NCBI GenBank assembly: GCA_963825255.1 | Contig: CAWGSF010000007.1 | Coordinates: 2,888-66,887 of the forward strand | Reading direction: 5' to 3' | DNA from: an uncultured Actinomycetes bacterium | GTDB taxonomy: Bacteria > Actinomycetota > Thermoleophilia > Gaiellales > Gaiellaceae | DNA length: 64,000 bases | Part shown: positions 28,951 through 37,567 of the stretch, in pieces | How the letters are laid out: each line of letters opens with the position of its first letter | Numbering within the stretch: the first letter of the stretch is position 1 | Translations under genes and position numbers: made by a program | Notes under the pieces: generated by a model | What the model was told of the DNA's origin: nothing | What the model saw: only the letters and a program-made list of their open reading frames with translations | The model's database searches: none

Positions 28951-30518
28951 GCGGCGACCTCGACCTCGGCGCGGAGCGCGCGGCGGTCGATCTTGCCCGA
29001 CGGCGTCTTGGGCAGCTCCGCCACGAAGCGGACGTCGCGCGGGTACTTGTGCGGGGAGAGGTGCGTGCGCACGTGCTCCTGGAGCGCAGCGGCCAGGTCG
29101 TCCGAGGCGGCGACCCCGGCGCGGAGGACGACGTGCGCGCGCGTGAGCGTCAGCCCGCCCTCCTCGTAGCCGACGACGGCGCACTCGACGACGTCCGCGT
29201 GCGAGACGAGGCAGTGCTCGACCTCGGACGGCGCCACCCAGATGCCGCCCACCTTGATCAGCTCGTCGCTGCGCCCGCGGTACCAGAAGAAGCCGTCGCC
29301 GTCGCGGACGAAGAGGTCGCCCGTGTCCACGAGGTCGCCGTGGAACGTCTGCTTCGACTTCTCGTGCTCGTTCCAGTAGAGGAGCGCGGCGGTGTCGCCC
29401 TCGATCCAGAGCGTCCCGACCTCGCCGTCGGGCACCTCGCGGCCCTCGTCGTCGAGCACGCGGGCACGATAGCCGGGCACGACCTCGCCGACGCTGCCGG
29501 GCCGGACGCGCCCGGGGCGGCTCGAGATGTAGATGTGGTAGGCCTCGGAGGAGCCGATCCCGTCGAGCACCTCGACGCCGAACGCCTCCTGCCAGCGCTC
29601 GTAGAGCTCGCGCGGGAGCGCCTCGCCCGCGGAGGTGCAGAGCCGGAGGCAGGAGAGGTCCTGCCGGTGGGCGTCGGAGTGGGCGACCATCGCCGCCATC
29701 ATCGTCGGAACCTGGACGAGGATGCTCGGGCGATGCAGCGCGACGAGCTCGAAGATCCGCTCCGGCGTCGTCCGCTCGGGGAAGACGATCCCGGCCCCGC
29801 CGACGCCGAACGGGAAGAGCGCCGTCAGGTCGCGCGCGTAGCCGAAGAAGAGCTTCGGCACCGGGAGCACGACGTCGTCCTCCCTCAGATCGAGCACGCC
29901 TCGTGCGTACCACTCGAAGCTGAGCAGAGGGCTGTGCTGCGGGTGCACCGCCGCCTTGGGGAGGCCGGTGCTCCCGGTCGTGAACTTCCAGAGGGCGATG
30001 TCGTCGCGGGTGGTCGGGGCCGGCTCGAGCTCCTCCGGCGCCTGCGCGGCGAGCGCCTCGAAGGACACCTCGCCGGGACGGAGCTCGCCGGCGTCGCCGA
30101 CGACGAGCACGTGGCGGAGCCAGCTGCTCGAGGCCGCCGCCTCCCGGACGCGTTCCAGCGTGCTCGGGTCGGCGACCACGACGCCCGCGCGCGTGTAGTC
30201 GAGGTAGTAGGCGAAGTCCTTCGCCTGGAGGAACGTGTACGCCTCGGCCGTCACGGCGCCGATCTTCTGCGCCCCGTACCAGAGCGCCACGAGCTCGACG
30301 CCGTCGGCGAGGACGAGCAGGACGCGCTCCTCGGCGCGGACGCCCAGCTCGCGGAGGACGTGGCCGCTCCGGTTCACGAGCGCTGCGAGCTCCGCGTACG
30401 TGGTCGGGCCGTCGGGGCCGATCAGGGCGGTGCGGGGCCCGCGCCCCTCCTCGACGTTGCGGTCGACGAAGTGCGTCGCGAGGTTGAACCGGCGCGGGAC
30501 GTCGTCGTACGTCAGCAC
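28947..30518 (-). CDS. Benzoate/2-aminobenzoate-CoA ligase family AMP-binding enzyme
   Basis: Intact in-frame part of ORF 28947..32012. Motifs: FTTGSTGLPKAAV, SSEAYHIY, DTGDLF, YRGRSDELIKVGG, PKTPSGKIDRRAL. Context supports an anthranilate substrate (inference). Confidence 0.75.
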   Translation of the reverse strand: MLTYDDVPRRFNLATHFVDRNVEEGRGPRTALIGPDGPTTYAELAALVNRSGHVLRELGVRAEERVLLVLADGVELVALWYGAQKIGAVTAEAYTFLQAKDFAYYLDYTRAGVVVADPSTLERVREAAASSSWLRHVLVVGDAGELRPGEVSFEALAAQAPEELEPAPTTRDDIALWKFTTGSTGLPKAAVHPQHSPLLSFEWYARGVLDLREDDVVLPVPKLFFGYARDLTALFPFGVGGAGIVFPERTTPERIFELVALHRPSILVQVPTMMAAMVAHSDAHRQDLSCLRLCTSAGEALPRELYERWQEAFGVEVLDGIGSSEAYHIYISSRPGRVRPGSVGEVVPGYRARVLDDEGREVPDGEVGTLWIEGDTAALLYWNEHEKSKQTFHGDLVDTGDLFVRDGDGFFWYRGRSDELIKVGGIWVAPSEVEHCLVSHADVVECAVVGYEEGGLTLTRAHVVLRAGVAASDDLAAALQEHVRTHLSPHKYPRDVRFVAELPKTPSGKIDRRALRAEVEVAA

Positions 30519-31259
30519 GCGGCCACCTCGCGGACGAGCTCGACGACGAGGTCGACGAGCGTCTCGAACGTCCGCTCGCCCTCCTCGGCGGTCGCCTCGG
30601 CGGGGGCGCCGCAGTAGGCGCGATCCATTCCCATGGCAATGAAATCCGTCTGCCCGTCGGCGATGGCCGCGGGCATGTCGATCATCGTCGATTCCAGGGC
30701 CGCCATGCGCTCCCGCCGGACGAGCTCCGGCCGGTCGGCGAGAACGAGCGACGTCTCGTAGCGGCCGGCGTGGCACGAGCCCGAGCGGAACTCCTCGGTC
30801 AGCCGTTCCGCGTTGCGACGCCGGGTCAGGTCGAGGAGGCGGGCCGACGGCCCCAGCTCCGCGACCGCGTCCCGGAGCGTGCGCACCTGCTCGGGCTCGA
30901 AGTGGCTGTTCACGAGGACGATCCGCCCGAAGCCCTGCGCGGCGAGCGACCGGGCGACGTCGACGACGAGCGCGCGCAGGGTCTCCTCGCCGATCGAGAC
31001 GGCGCCGGGGAAGGCGGCGCCGTAGCGGGTGACGCCGTAGGGGAGGCGGCGGGAGGACGAGCGCGCGAACCTCGGGGTCGTCCGCGAGCCTCTCGGCGGC
31101 GCGCCTGCAGACGCCGAGCGAGATGAGGGTGTCCGTCTCGAGCGGCGCGTGCGGCCCGTGGGGCTCGACCGCGCCGAGCGGGAGGAGCAGGACCGTCGGC
31201 CTGGGATCCGCGAGCAGCTCCTCGAGGTCGGGGTACGCGAGCTCGGCGAATTCCGTCAC
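30512..31259 (-). CDS. Creatininase-family amidohydrolase (one frame change near 31055)
   Basis: Motifs: LLLPLGAVEPHGPHAPLETD, then NSHFEPEQ and CHAGRYETS (ORF 30512..30913). GTGCTGA overlap with the ligase start. Confidence 0.7.
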
Positions 31260-33347
31260 GACGCGACGGCGGCGCCCTCGGAGCGCTCGGGCGCCGGACG
31301 GAGCTCGCGCTCGAGGTCGGAGGGCGGGAGGTCGAGGATGCAGAGGTCGCCGCGGCCCGCGCCGACGATCGTGCTCGCGTCGTCGAGCGTCGTCAGGTGG
31401 CCGGCGACGAGCGTCGGCACGCCCGCCCCGGCCCTGACGCGGTCGCTGAGGCCGGTGAGGAAGCCCCGGCGGTACTCGGGCCGGTCGTGGGCGACGGTCT
31501 GCCCGGCGACCACGTGAATCAGGTCGCAGCCGTGCTCGACGAGCGCGCGGGCGGTCGCGACGCCCTCCTCCACGGACACGCCGCCGCGGGCCCAGTCGGT
31601 GACGGACAGGCGGACGGCGAGGACGCCGTCCCACGCCTCGCGCACCGCGTCGAGCACCTCGAGCGGGAAGCGGAGCCGGTCCTCGCCGTAGGCGTCGGCG
31701 CGGCGGTTCGTGAGCGGGGAGAGGAAGCTGGCGAGGAGGTACCCGTGCGCGTAGTCGAGCTCGAGGATGTCGACGCCGAGCTCGGCCGCGCGCCGCGCAC
31801 CTGCCACGAAGTCCGCGCGGACAGCCGCCATGCCGTCCTCGTCGAGCTCCCGTGGAACGGGGCTGAAGGGGCCGTAGGGGAGAGGGGACGCCGACACGAG
31901 CTCCCACCCCTCGCGCAGCGGGAGGTCGACGCCGAACGAGCGCGGGCGGCACGCTCCCCGTCTGCCCGCGTGCCCGAGCTGGAGCGCGACCGGGCGGAAC
32001 GTGGGCTCCCACTCGCGGATCGTCGGCGTCTCCGGCGTGATCCTGCCCTCCGGGGAAACCGCCACGAACCCGCTGAGGACGAGCCCCGCCCCGGCCGGCG
32101 AGGCATCGGGCCGCGCGACCACGCGGTTCTCGAGCGAGACAAGTAACAGACTGTTACTTGTTGTCGTCCGCCTCCCGAGCTCGAGGGGGGCGAACGCCGG
32201 CGGCGGGGCCACGGCCGTGTCGGCGCCCGTGAACCAGGCGTCGAGCACCCGCGTGAACGTCGGGTCGCGGACCGTGAGGCTCGCGTGGCTGATGCGGCCG
32301 CTGCGCGTCAGCAGGTTGAAGGCGAACTGGATCGGCTCGAGGTCGCGGTAGCCCGCGACGCGGGCGAAGTACGCGGCGCTCTCGCTTGCCGCCTGCTGCG
32401 TCCGCTCGACGACGGGCTGGCGCTCCATCTCGTAGTCGACGAGCGCCGCCTCGACGTTCCAGGCGCGGCGCTCGAGGGCGTCGCGGAGAGCGATCGCGTC
32501 CTCCATGGCGAGCTTCGTCCCCGAGCCGATCGAGAAGTGCGCCGTGTGGGCGGCGTCTCCCAGCACGACCGTGCGGCCGTGGTGCCAGACCCTGTTCACG
32601 ACCTTCGGGAAGTCGAGCCAGAGCGAGCGGTTCGAGAGGAGCTCGTGGCCCTCGAGGTCGCGCGCGAAGAGCCGCTCGCAGAAGGCGAGGCTCTCGTCCT
32701 CGGACAGCTCGTCGAGGCCCGGCGCGGCGCCACGTCGGCTCCGGGCACTCGACGATGAACGTGCTCGTGCGCTCGTCGAAGGGGTACGCGTGCACCTGGA
32801 AGAGCCCGTGCTCGGTGTCCTTGAAGATGAACGTGAAGGCGTCGAAGACGAGGTCGGTGCCGAACCAGACGTACTTGCAGCCCTCCGGCGCGACCGACGT
32901 GCCGAGCTCGCGCTCCAGCCCGCGCCGGACGACGCTGTTGACGCCGTCGGCGCCGACGACGAGGTCGGCGTCGTCCGGAGCGCCGTCGAGCTCGACGCCG
33001 AACGCCAGGTCGACGCCGAGGGAGAAGCAGCGGCGCTGGAGGATCTCCAGGAGCCGCTTGCGCGCGATGGCCGAGAAGGAATGGCCCTGCGACCGGAGGA
33101 CGCGCCCGCGGTAGCGGATGTCCACGCGGTCCCAGCGCGCGAACGTGTCGGTGATCGCCAGGTACGTCTCCTGGTCGGCGTCGCGGAGCGCGCCGAGGGT
33201 CTCCTCGCTGAAGACGACGCCCCAGCCGAAGGTCGCGTCGGGGGCGTTCCGCTCCGTCACCCGCACGTCGATGCCGGGGTCGACCTTCTTGAGCAGGATC
33301 GCCAGGTAGAGCCCGGCGGGGCCGGCGCCGACGATCGAGACCCTCAC
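31256..33347 (-). CDS. 2-aminobenzoyl-CoA monooxygenase/reductase-like bifunctional flavoprotein (one frame change near 32718; carries palindrome copy 1)
   Basis: N-terminal half: VSIVGAGPAGL, GADGVNSVV, LGDAAHTAHFSIGSGTKLAMEDA. C-terminal OYE-like half: LQLGHAGRRG, ELDYAHGYLLASFLSPLTNRR. Confidence 0.7.
32139..32161. repeat. Palindrome copy 1 (ACAAGTAACAGACTGTTACTTGT), inside a CDS
   Basis: Perfect dyad read directly. The stop of spurious ORF 32154..33347 (TAA at 32154..32156) anchors the coordinates. Confidence 0.95.
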
Positions 33348-34175
33348 CGGGACACCGCCTCCGCGAGCCGGTCGAGCTCGTCGACGTCTCCGACGGTCGG
33401 GAAGAGGACGAGCTCGTCGCAGCCGGCCTCCTCGTAGCCGCGCACGAAGTCCTTGATCGCCCGGGCGCTCGTGAGGTTGGCGGCGACGATGCGCTCGGCG
33501 AACGGCCCGGTGAACGCGTAGTAGTCACGGAGGTAGGCGTTGCCGCGCTCGACGTCCCCGAGCGCGAAGTAGCCCTGGCCCCAGAGGCGGGGGCGGCCGG
33601 GGCGCCCGAGGTCGCGCCAGGCCGCCTGGGCGCGCGCCGCGGCGCTTGCGAAGGCCCGCGGCGGGCCGCCGCCGTGCGCGTAGCCGTCGCCGTAGCGGGC
33701 CATGCGGGCGAAGGCGGGGCCGCTGCCGCCGCCGACGAGGAGCTCGATCCCCTCTCGCGGCGGGCCCACGCGATCCTCGTCGACGCCGCCGCGCAGGTAC
33801 GCGAGCTGCTCCGAGAACGTCCGCCCCCGGCCGCGGTGGTCGACGCCGGCGACCTCGTAGTCCTCGACCCTCGCGCCGATGGCGAGGCCGAGGGTCAGCC
33901 GCCCGCCCGAGAGGGCGTGCACCGAGGCGGCCTGCTTGGCGAGGAGGGCGGTCGCGCGCAGCGGGGCGATCGCGATCATCGTCGCCAGGCGCACGCGGCT
34001 GGTCGCGGCCGCCGCGGCGGCGAGCGTGGCGAAGGGCTCGAGGCTCGACGTAGGCGACGCGGTCGAGGACGGCCACGCTCGAGAACGGCCGGGCATCGGC
34101 GCGCCGCGCCCACTCGAGCACCTGCGCGCCGTCCGTCTCCGGCGTCGTGTTCGGGAGCCCGACGCCGACGTTCAA
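33344..34175 (-). CDS. LLM-class (luciferase-like) F420/flavin-dependent oxidoreductase (one frame change near 34050)
   Basis: N-terminus MNVGVGLPNTTPETDGAQVLEWARRAD (ORF 33525..34175). The rest lies in ORF 33344..34096 (GGRLTLGLAIG, ELLVGGG). GTGA overlap with the next gene. Confidence 0.65.
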
Positions 34176-34214
34176 CCGTGGGTCCGTTTCCGTCGCGTGC
34201 AGGAAGGTTTACAC

Positions 34215-34235
34215 TTGACCGAGGTGATGTGTCAA
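34215..34235. promoter_or_regulatory. Dyad TTGAC-N11-GTCAA in the divergent paaI / catabolic-operon intergenic region
   Basis: Located in the 83-nt gap between divergent starts 34175 and 34259, which is relatively AT-rich. Confidence 0.3.
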
Positions 34236-34258
34236 CAAAACCCGGACCGGGAGCGCGC

Positions 34259-34673
34259 ATGACGGACTCGGGCGAGGCGCGCGACCCGCTCCTCGAGCCC
34301 TCGGCGTTCGACCGCCACTACGGGCTCGAGGTGGTCGAGTGCAGCGACGAGCTCGTGCGCGGGCGCGTCGAGGTGGGGGAGGAGCTGAAGCAGCCGCTGG
34401 GGCTCGTCCACGGCGGCGTCCACGCGGCGATCGCCGAGGGGCTCGCTTCGCTCGGGACGAACCACGGCGTCGCCGCCGAAGGCAAGGTCGGCCTCGGCAT
34501 GTCCAACGAGTCGTCGTTCCTGCGGCCCGTCGGCGGGCGGGACGATCCACGCGACTGCGCGCCGGCGCCATCGCGGCCGGACGACGTGGGTCTGGGACGT
34601 GGAGCTCGCCGACGACGAGGGCCGGCTCTGCGCTCTCAGCCGGGTGACCGTGGCGGTCCGCCCGGGCCCGTGA
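34259..34673 (+). CDS. paaI: PaaI-family hotdog thioesterase (one frame change near 34535)
   Basis: FDRHYGLEVVE...QPLGLVHGGVHAAIAE...SFLRPV, then the alternative frame gives TIHATARRRHRGRTTWVWDVELADDEGRLCALSRVTVAV. Confidence 0.7.
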
Positions 34674-35506
34674 GCGAGGAGGCCCCGCCGCTCTTCGAGC
34701 AGCGGCCACAGAGCCTCGTCGTCACGCTGCTCGGCGCGTACGTCTACCCGGACGACCGGCTGGTGTGGTCGGGCGGGCTCGTGCGGCTCCTGGGCGAGCT
34801 CGGCTTCTCCGCCGGTGCCGCCAGGGTCGCCCTGGCGCGGCTGACGCGCCGCGACCTCCTCGCGCGCGTCCGCACCGGCCGGCTCGTGCACTACCGGCCG
34901 ACAGCGCGGACGACCGCGCTGCTGGCCGAGGGCGAGCGCCGGATCTTCTCGCTCGGCCGCGACGCCCGTCCCGCCGGCGAGTGGACGATCCTCTCGCATG
35001 CCATTCCCGACGAGCGGCGGCTCGAGCGCGGCCGGCTCGCCCGGCGCCTGCGCTTCCTCGGCTTCGGCTCGCTCCAGGACGGCGTCTGGATCTCGCCGCA
35101 CGACCGCGCGGAGGAGGTGGCCTCCCTCCTCGAGGAGCTGCGGCTCGTCGGCCATGCCGCCGTCGTCCTCGGGCGGCCGGCGGGCCTCACCGACCTCGAG
35201 ACCCTCGTCGCCCGTGCCTGGGACGTGGAGGGGCTGGCGAAGCGCTACCGCGCGTTCGAGCTCGCCTTCGGCCGGCACACGGCACGGAACGGCGTCGCCG
35301 ATCGGGAGGCCTTCCTCGTCCGCACCCGGCTCGTGCACGCCTTCCGGCAGTTCCCGTCCCTCGACCCGGGGTTGCCGGACGAGCTCGTCCCGACCGGCGG
35401 GCATCGCGCCCGGGCGGTCGCCCTCTTCCACGATCTCTATGCCGCGCTGGCAGAGCCGGCCCGGCGCCACTTCGTCGGCGCGACGGCCCCGCCCGTCCGC
35501 GGCTAG
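34670..35506 (+). CDS. paaX: PaaX-family transcriptional regulator
   Basis: GTG 34670 overlaps the paaI stop. Motifs: QSLVVTLLGAY...LVRLLGELGFSAGAARVALARL, GFGSLQDGVWISPH. Confidence 0.75.
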   Translation: MSEEAPPLFEQRPQSLVVTLLGAYVYPDDRLVWSGGLVRLLGELGFSAGAARVALARLTRRDLLARVRTGRLVHYRPTARTTALLAEGERRIFSLGRDARPAGEWTILSHAIPDERRLERGRLARRLRFLGFGSLQDGVWISPHDRAEEVASLLEELRLVGHAAVVLGRPAGLTDLETLVARAWDVEGLAKRYRAFELAFGRHTARNGVADREAFLVRTRLVHAFRQFPSLDPGLPDELVPTGGHRARAVALFHDLYAALAEPARRHFVGATAPPVRG

Positions 35507-35509
35507 CCG

Positions 35510-35989
35510 CTACTCGGGGCCGCAGTCGGGCTCGGGCTCTCCCTCGACGCCCGGGAGCCGGCCGAGGAGGGAGGTGAGCGTCGCCATCTCCTCCTCGGTG
35601 AAGCGGGCGAGGAAGAGATCGTCCACGCCGGCGATGTGCGTCCGGGCCGCCTCGCGGAGGCGCCGGCCGCCGGCCGTGGTCAGCTTCGCGTAGACGACGC
35701 GCCGATCGGTCGGGCAGGACGCCCGCTCGACCAGGCCGGACTGCTCGAGCCGGTCGAGGAGCCGCGTCATCCCGGATGCCGTGAGGAGGACCCGGTCGGC
35801 GAGGTCGACTCGCTTCAGCGCCTGGTCGGGCGCGTGCGAGAGGTGGAGCAGGACCTCGTACTCGTTGAGGGTGAGCCCGTGCTGCGCGACGAGGTCGGAG
35901 GAGAGCGCGCGCGTCAGCGCGGCGTGGGCGCGGAGGAAGCGGATCCACCCTTCGAGCTGGCCTCGTTCGGGAAATACTTGCGTACTCAA
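35510..35989 (-). CDS. MarR family transcriptional regulator
   Basis: Intact 159-aa ORF with winged-helix region LTLNEYEVLLHL...RVDLADRVLLTASGMTRLLDRLEQSGLVER..CPTDRRVVY. Confidence 0.85.
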   Translation of the reverse strand: MSTQVFPERGQLEGWIRFLRAHAALTRALSSDLVAQHGLTLNEYEVLLHLSHAPDQALKRVDLADRVLLTASGMTRLLDRLEQSGLVERASCPTDRRVVYAKLTTAGGRRLREAARTHIAGVDDLFLARFTEEEMATLTSLLGRLPGVEGEPEPDCGPE

Positions 35990-36039
35990 TTACGTTCTAG
36001 TATATGTTTGCGCAATCAACTATATCACCGGAGGTCACG

Positions 36040-37125
36040 ATGGGCACTGTAAATGGGAACGCGGCGGAGCTCGCAGGCACGTGGGTCGTCGATCCGAGCC
36101 ACTCGGCCGTGGAGTTCGAGGTCGTCGACACGGAGTCGCTGGTCGCGGCGATCCGGGGTCGGTTCACCGACTTCGAGGGCGCGCTCGTCCTTCCGAACGA
36201 CGACGGAGCCGGTAGCGCGACGGCCGTCGTCCGCACCGCCAGCGTCACCACGGACAACGAGCCGCGCGACGCGCACCTGCGCTCGCCGGACTTCCTCGAC
36301 GCCGAGGCCGCGCCCGAGATCACGTTCTCGGCCGACAGCGTCGTCGTCGAGGGCGACGCGCTGACCATTCCCGGGCGCATCGCCATCAGGGGCACGTCCT
36401 TCCCGGTCGAGCTGAAGGCCAGGGCCCTCGGGGCGGGCACCGACGTCCAGGGGCGGGAGAAGCTCGTGCTCGCCTCGGACGGCGAGCTCGACTGGGGCAC
36501 GCAGAAGGTCTCGCTCGACCTCAGCGCGACCTTCGTGAAGGAGGCGCTAGCGATGCGCGTGCTCGGGATCGCCGGCAGCCTCCGCGCGGGCTCCTACAAC
36601 CGCGCCCTCCTCGCCGCCGCGCGCGAGCTCGCGCCGGAGGGGATGGAGATCGTCGAGTACGACATCGCCGACCTCCCCTTCTACGACGCGGGCCTCGAGG
36701 CCGGCGGCGATCCCGGGCCGGTCGCGGACTTCAAGCGCGCGATCGCCGAGGCGGACGCCGTCCTGATCGCCACGCCCGAGTACAACCGGAGCGTGCCGGG
36801 CGTCCTCAAGAACGCGATCGACTGGGCGTCCCGCCCGCCGCTCGGCTCCCCGCTCGCCGGCAAGCGCGTCGGCGTCATGGGGGCCTCGACCGGGATGAGC
36901 GGGACGACCCACGCGCAGGCACACCTGCTCCAGGCGCTCGCCTGCACGCGCGCGAGCGTCCTCGACGAGCCGCGCGTCCTCGTCCCGCTCGCGTACGAGC
37001 ACTTCGACGAGGACGGCCGTCTCACGACCCCCGAGGTGCGCGAGGCCGTCAGGGACCTGCTCTGGTCGCTAGCCGCCGAGGGCGCGGCGGAGGACGTCAC
37101 GGAGCGCGCGCTGGTCGCCGGCTGA
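36040..37125 (+). CDS. YceI-like domain (36040..36552) read through into an NAD(P)H-dependent FMN reductase (36553..37125)
   Basis: GGAGG lies upstream of ATG 36040. YceI part: GTWVVDPSHSAVEFEV...RDAHLRSPDFLD. The internal ATG 36553 is preceded by AGGAGG 8 nt upstream. Reductase part: VLGIAGSLRAGSYNR, ATPEYNRSVPGVLKNAIDW. No stop separates the two parts. Confidence 0.7.
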   Translation: MGTVNGNAAELAGTWVVDPSHSAVEFEVVDTESLVAAIRGRFTDFEGALVLPNDDGAGSATAVVRTASVTTDNEPRDAHLRSPDFLDAEAAPEITFSADSVVVEGDALTIPGRIAIRGTSFPVELKARALGAGTDVQGREKLVLASDGELDWGTQKVSLDLSATFVKEALAMRVLGIAGSLRAGSYNRALLAAARELAPEGMEIVEYDIADLPFYDAGLEAGGDPGPVADFKRAIAEADAVLIATPEYNRSVPGVLKNAIDWASRPPLGSPLAGKRVGVMGASTGMSGTTHAQAHLLQALACTRASVLDEPRVLVPLAYEHFDEDGRLTTPEVREAVRDLLWSLAAEGAAEDVTERALVAG

Positions 37126-37501
37126 GAGGCCGGCGATCTCCGCCGGCGGCTCGTTCATCAGCTCGACGACCCGGGCGCGGACGGCGCTTCCCGCATCCGT
37201 GAGCGCCAGGGTCTTCACCCGGCGGTCGCCGAGCCCGGGCCGGCGCTCGACGAGCCCCCGCGACTCCAGCCGGTCGACGATGCCGGTCACGTTGGAGGCG
37301 TGGCAGTAGAGGGCGTCGGCGAGCTCGCTCATGGCCAGCGGGCGCTCGGGCTCGAGCAGCCGCAGGGCGTGGGCCTGCACGTGAGTGAGGTCGAGCTCGA
37401 CGAGTCGCGCCGAGAGGACGGCGTGCTTCGCCTTGGCGAGCTGGAAGACGAGCCGCCACGCTTCCTCGGCGACGGTCGGCCTGCTCGGTCACGGTGGCCA
37501 T
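37069..37501 (-). CDS. MarR family transcriptional regulator (one frame change near 37470)
   Basis: Starts MATVTEQAD, then the frame of ORF 37069..37380 gives VAEEAWRLVFQLAKAKHAVL...LAMSELADALYCHASNVTGIVDRLESRGLVER..GDRRV. Confidence 0.75.
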
Positions 37502-37512
37502 TGCTTCGAATG

Positions 37513-37560
37513 ATAGTTGATGAGGTAGATGCTTGACAAGATCAACGATAGAGGTAGCCT
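37513..37560 (+). promoter_or_regulatory. Divergent MarR/ABC promoter-operator region
   Basis: Inverted repeat ATAGTTGAT (37513..37521) / ATCAACGAT (37541..37549). The repeat flanks TTGACA (37533..37538), and TAGCCT (37555..37560) follows it after a 16-nt spacer. The ABC ATG at 37568 is 8 nt after the -10. Confidence 0.45.
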
Positions 37561-37567
37561 ACGGTTG

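Noticed and set aside
32129-32185. CTCGAG at 32129-32134 and 32180-32185 as a target-site duplication around palindrome copy 1.
   Set aside because: CTCGAG (Leu-Glu codons) is extremely common in this sequence. Removing the 51 nt between the two sites would make the domain linker too short compared with the family pattern.
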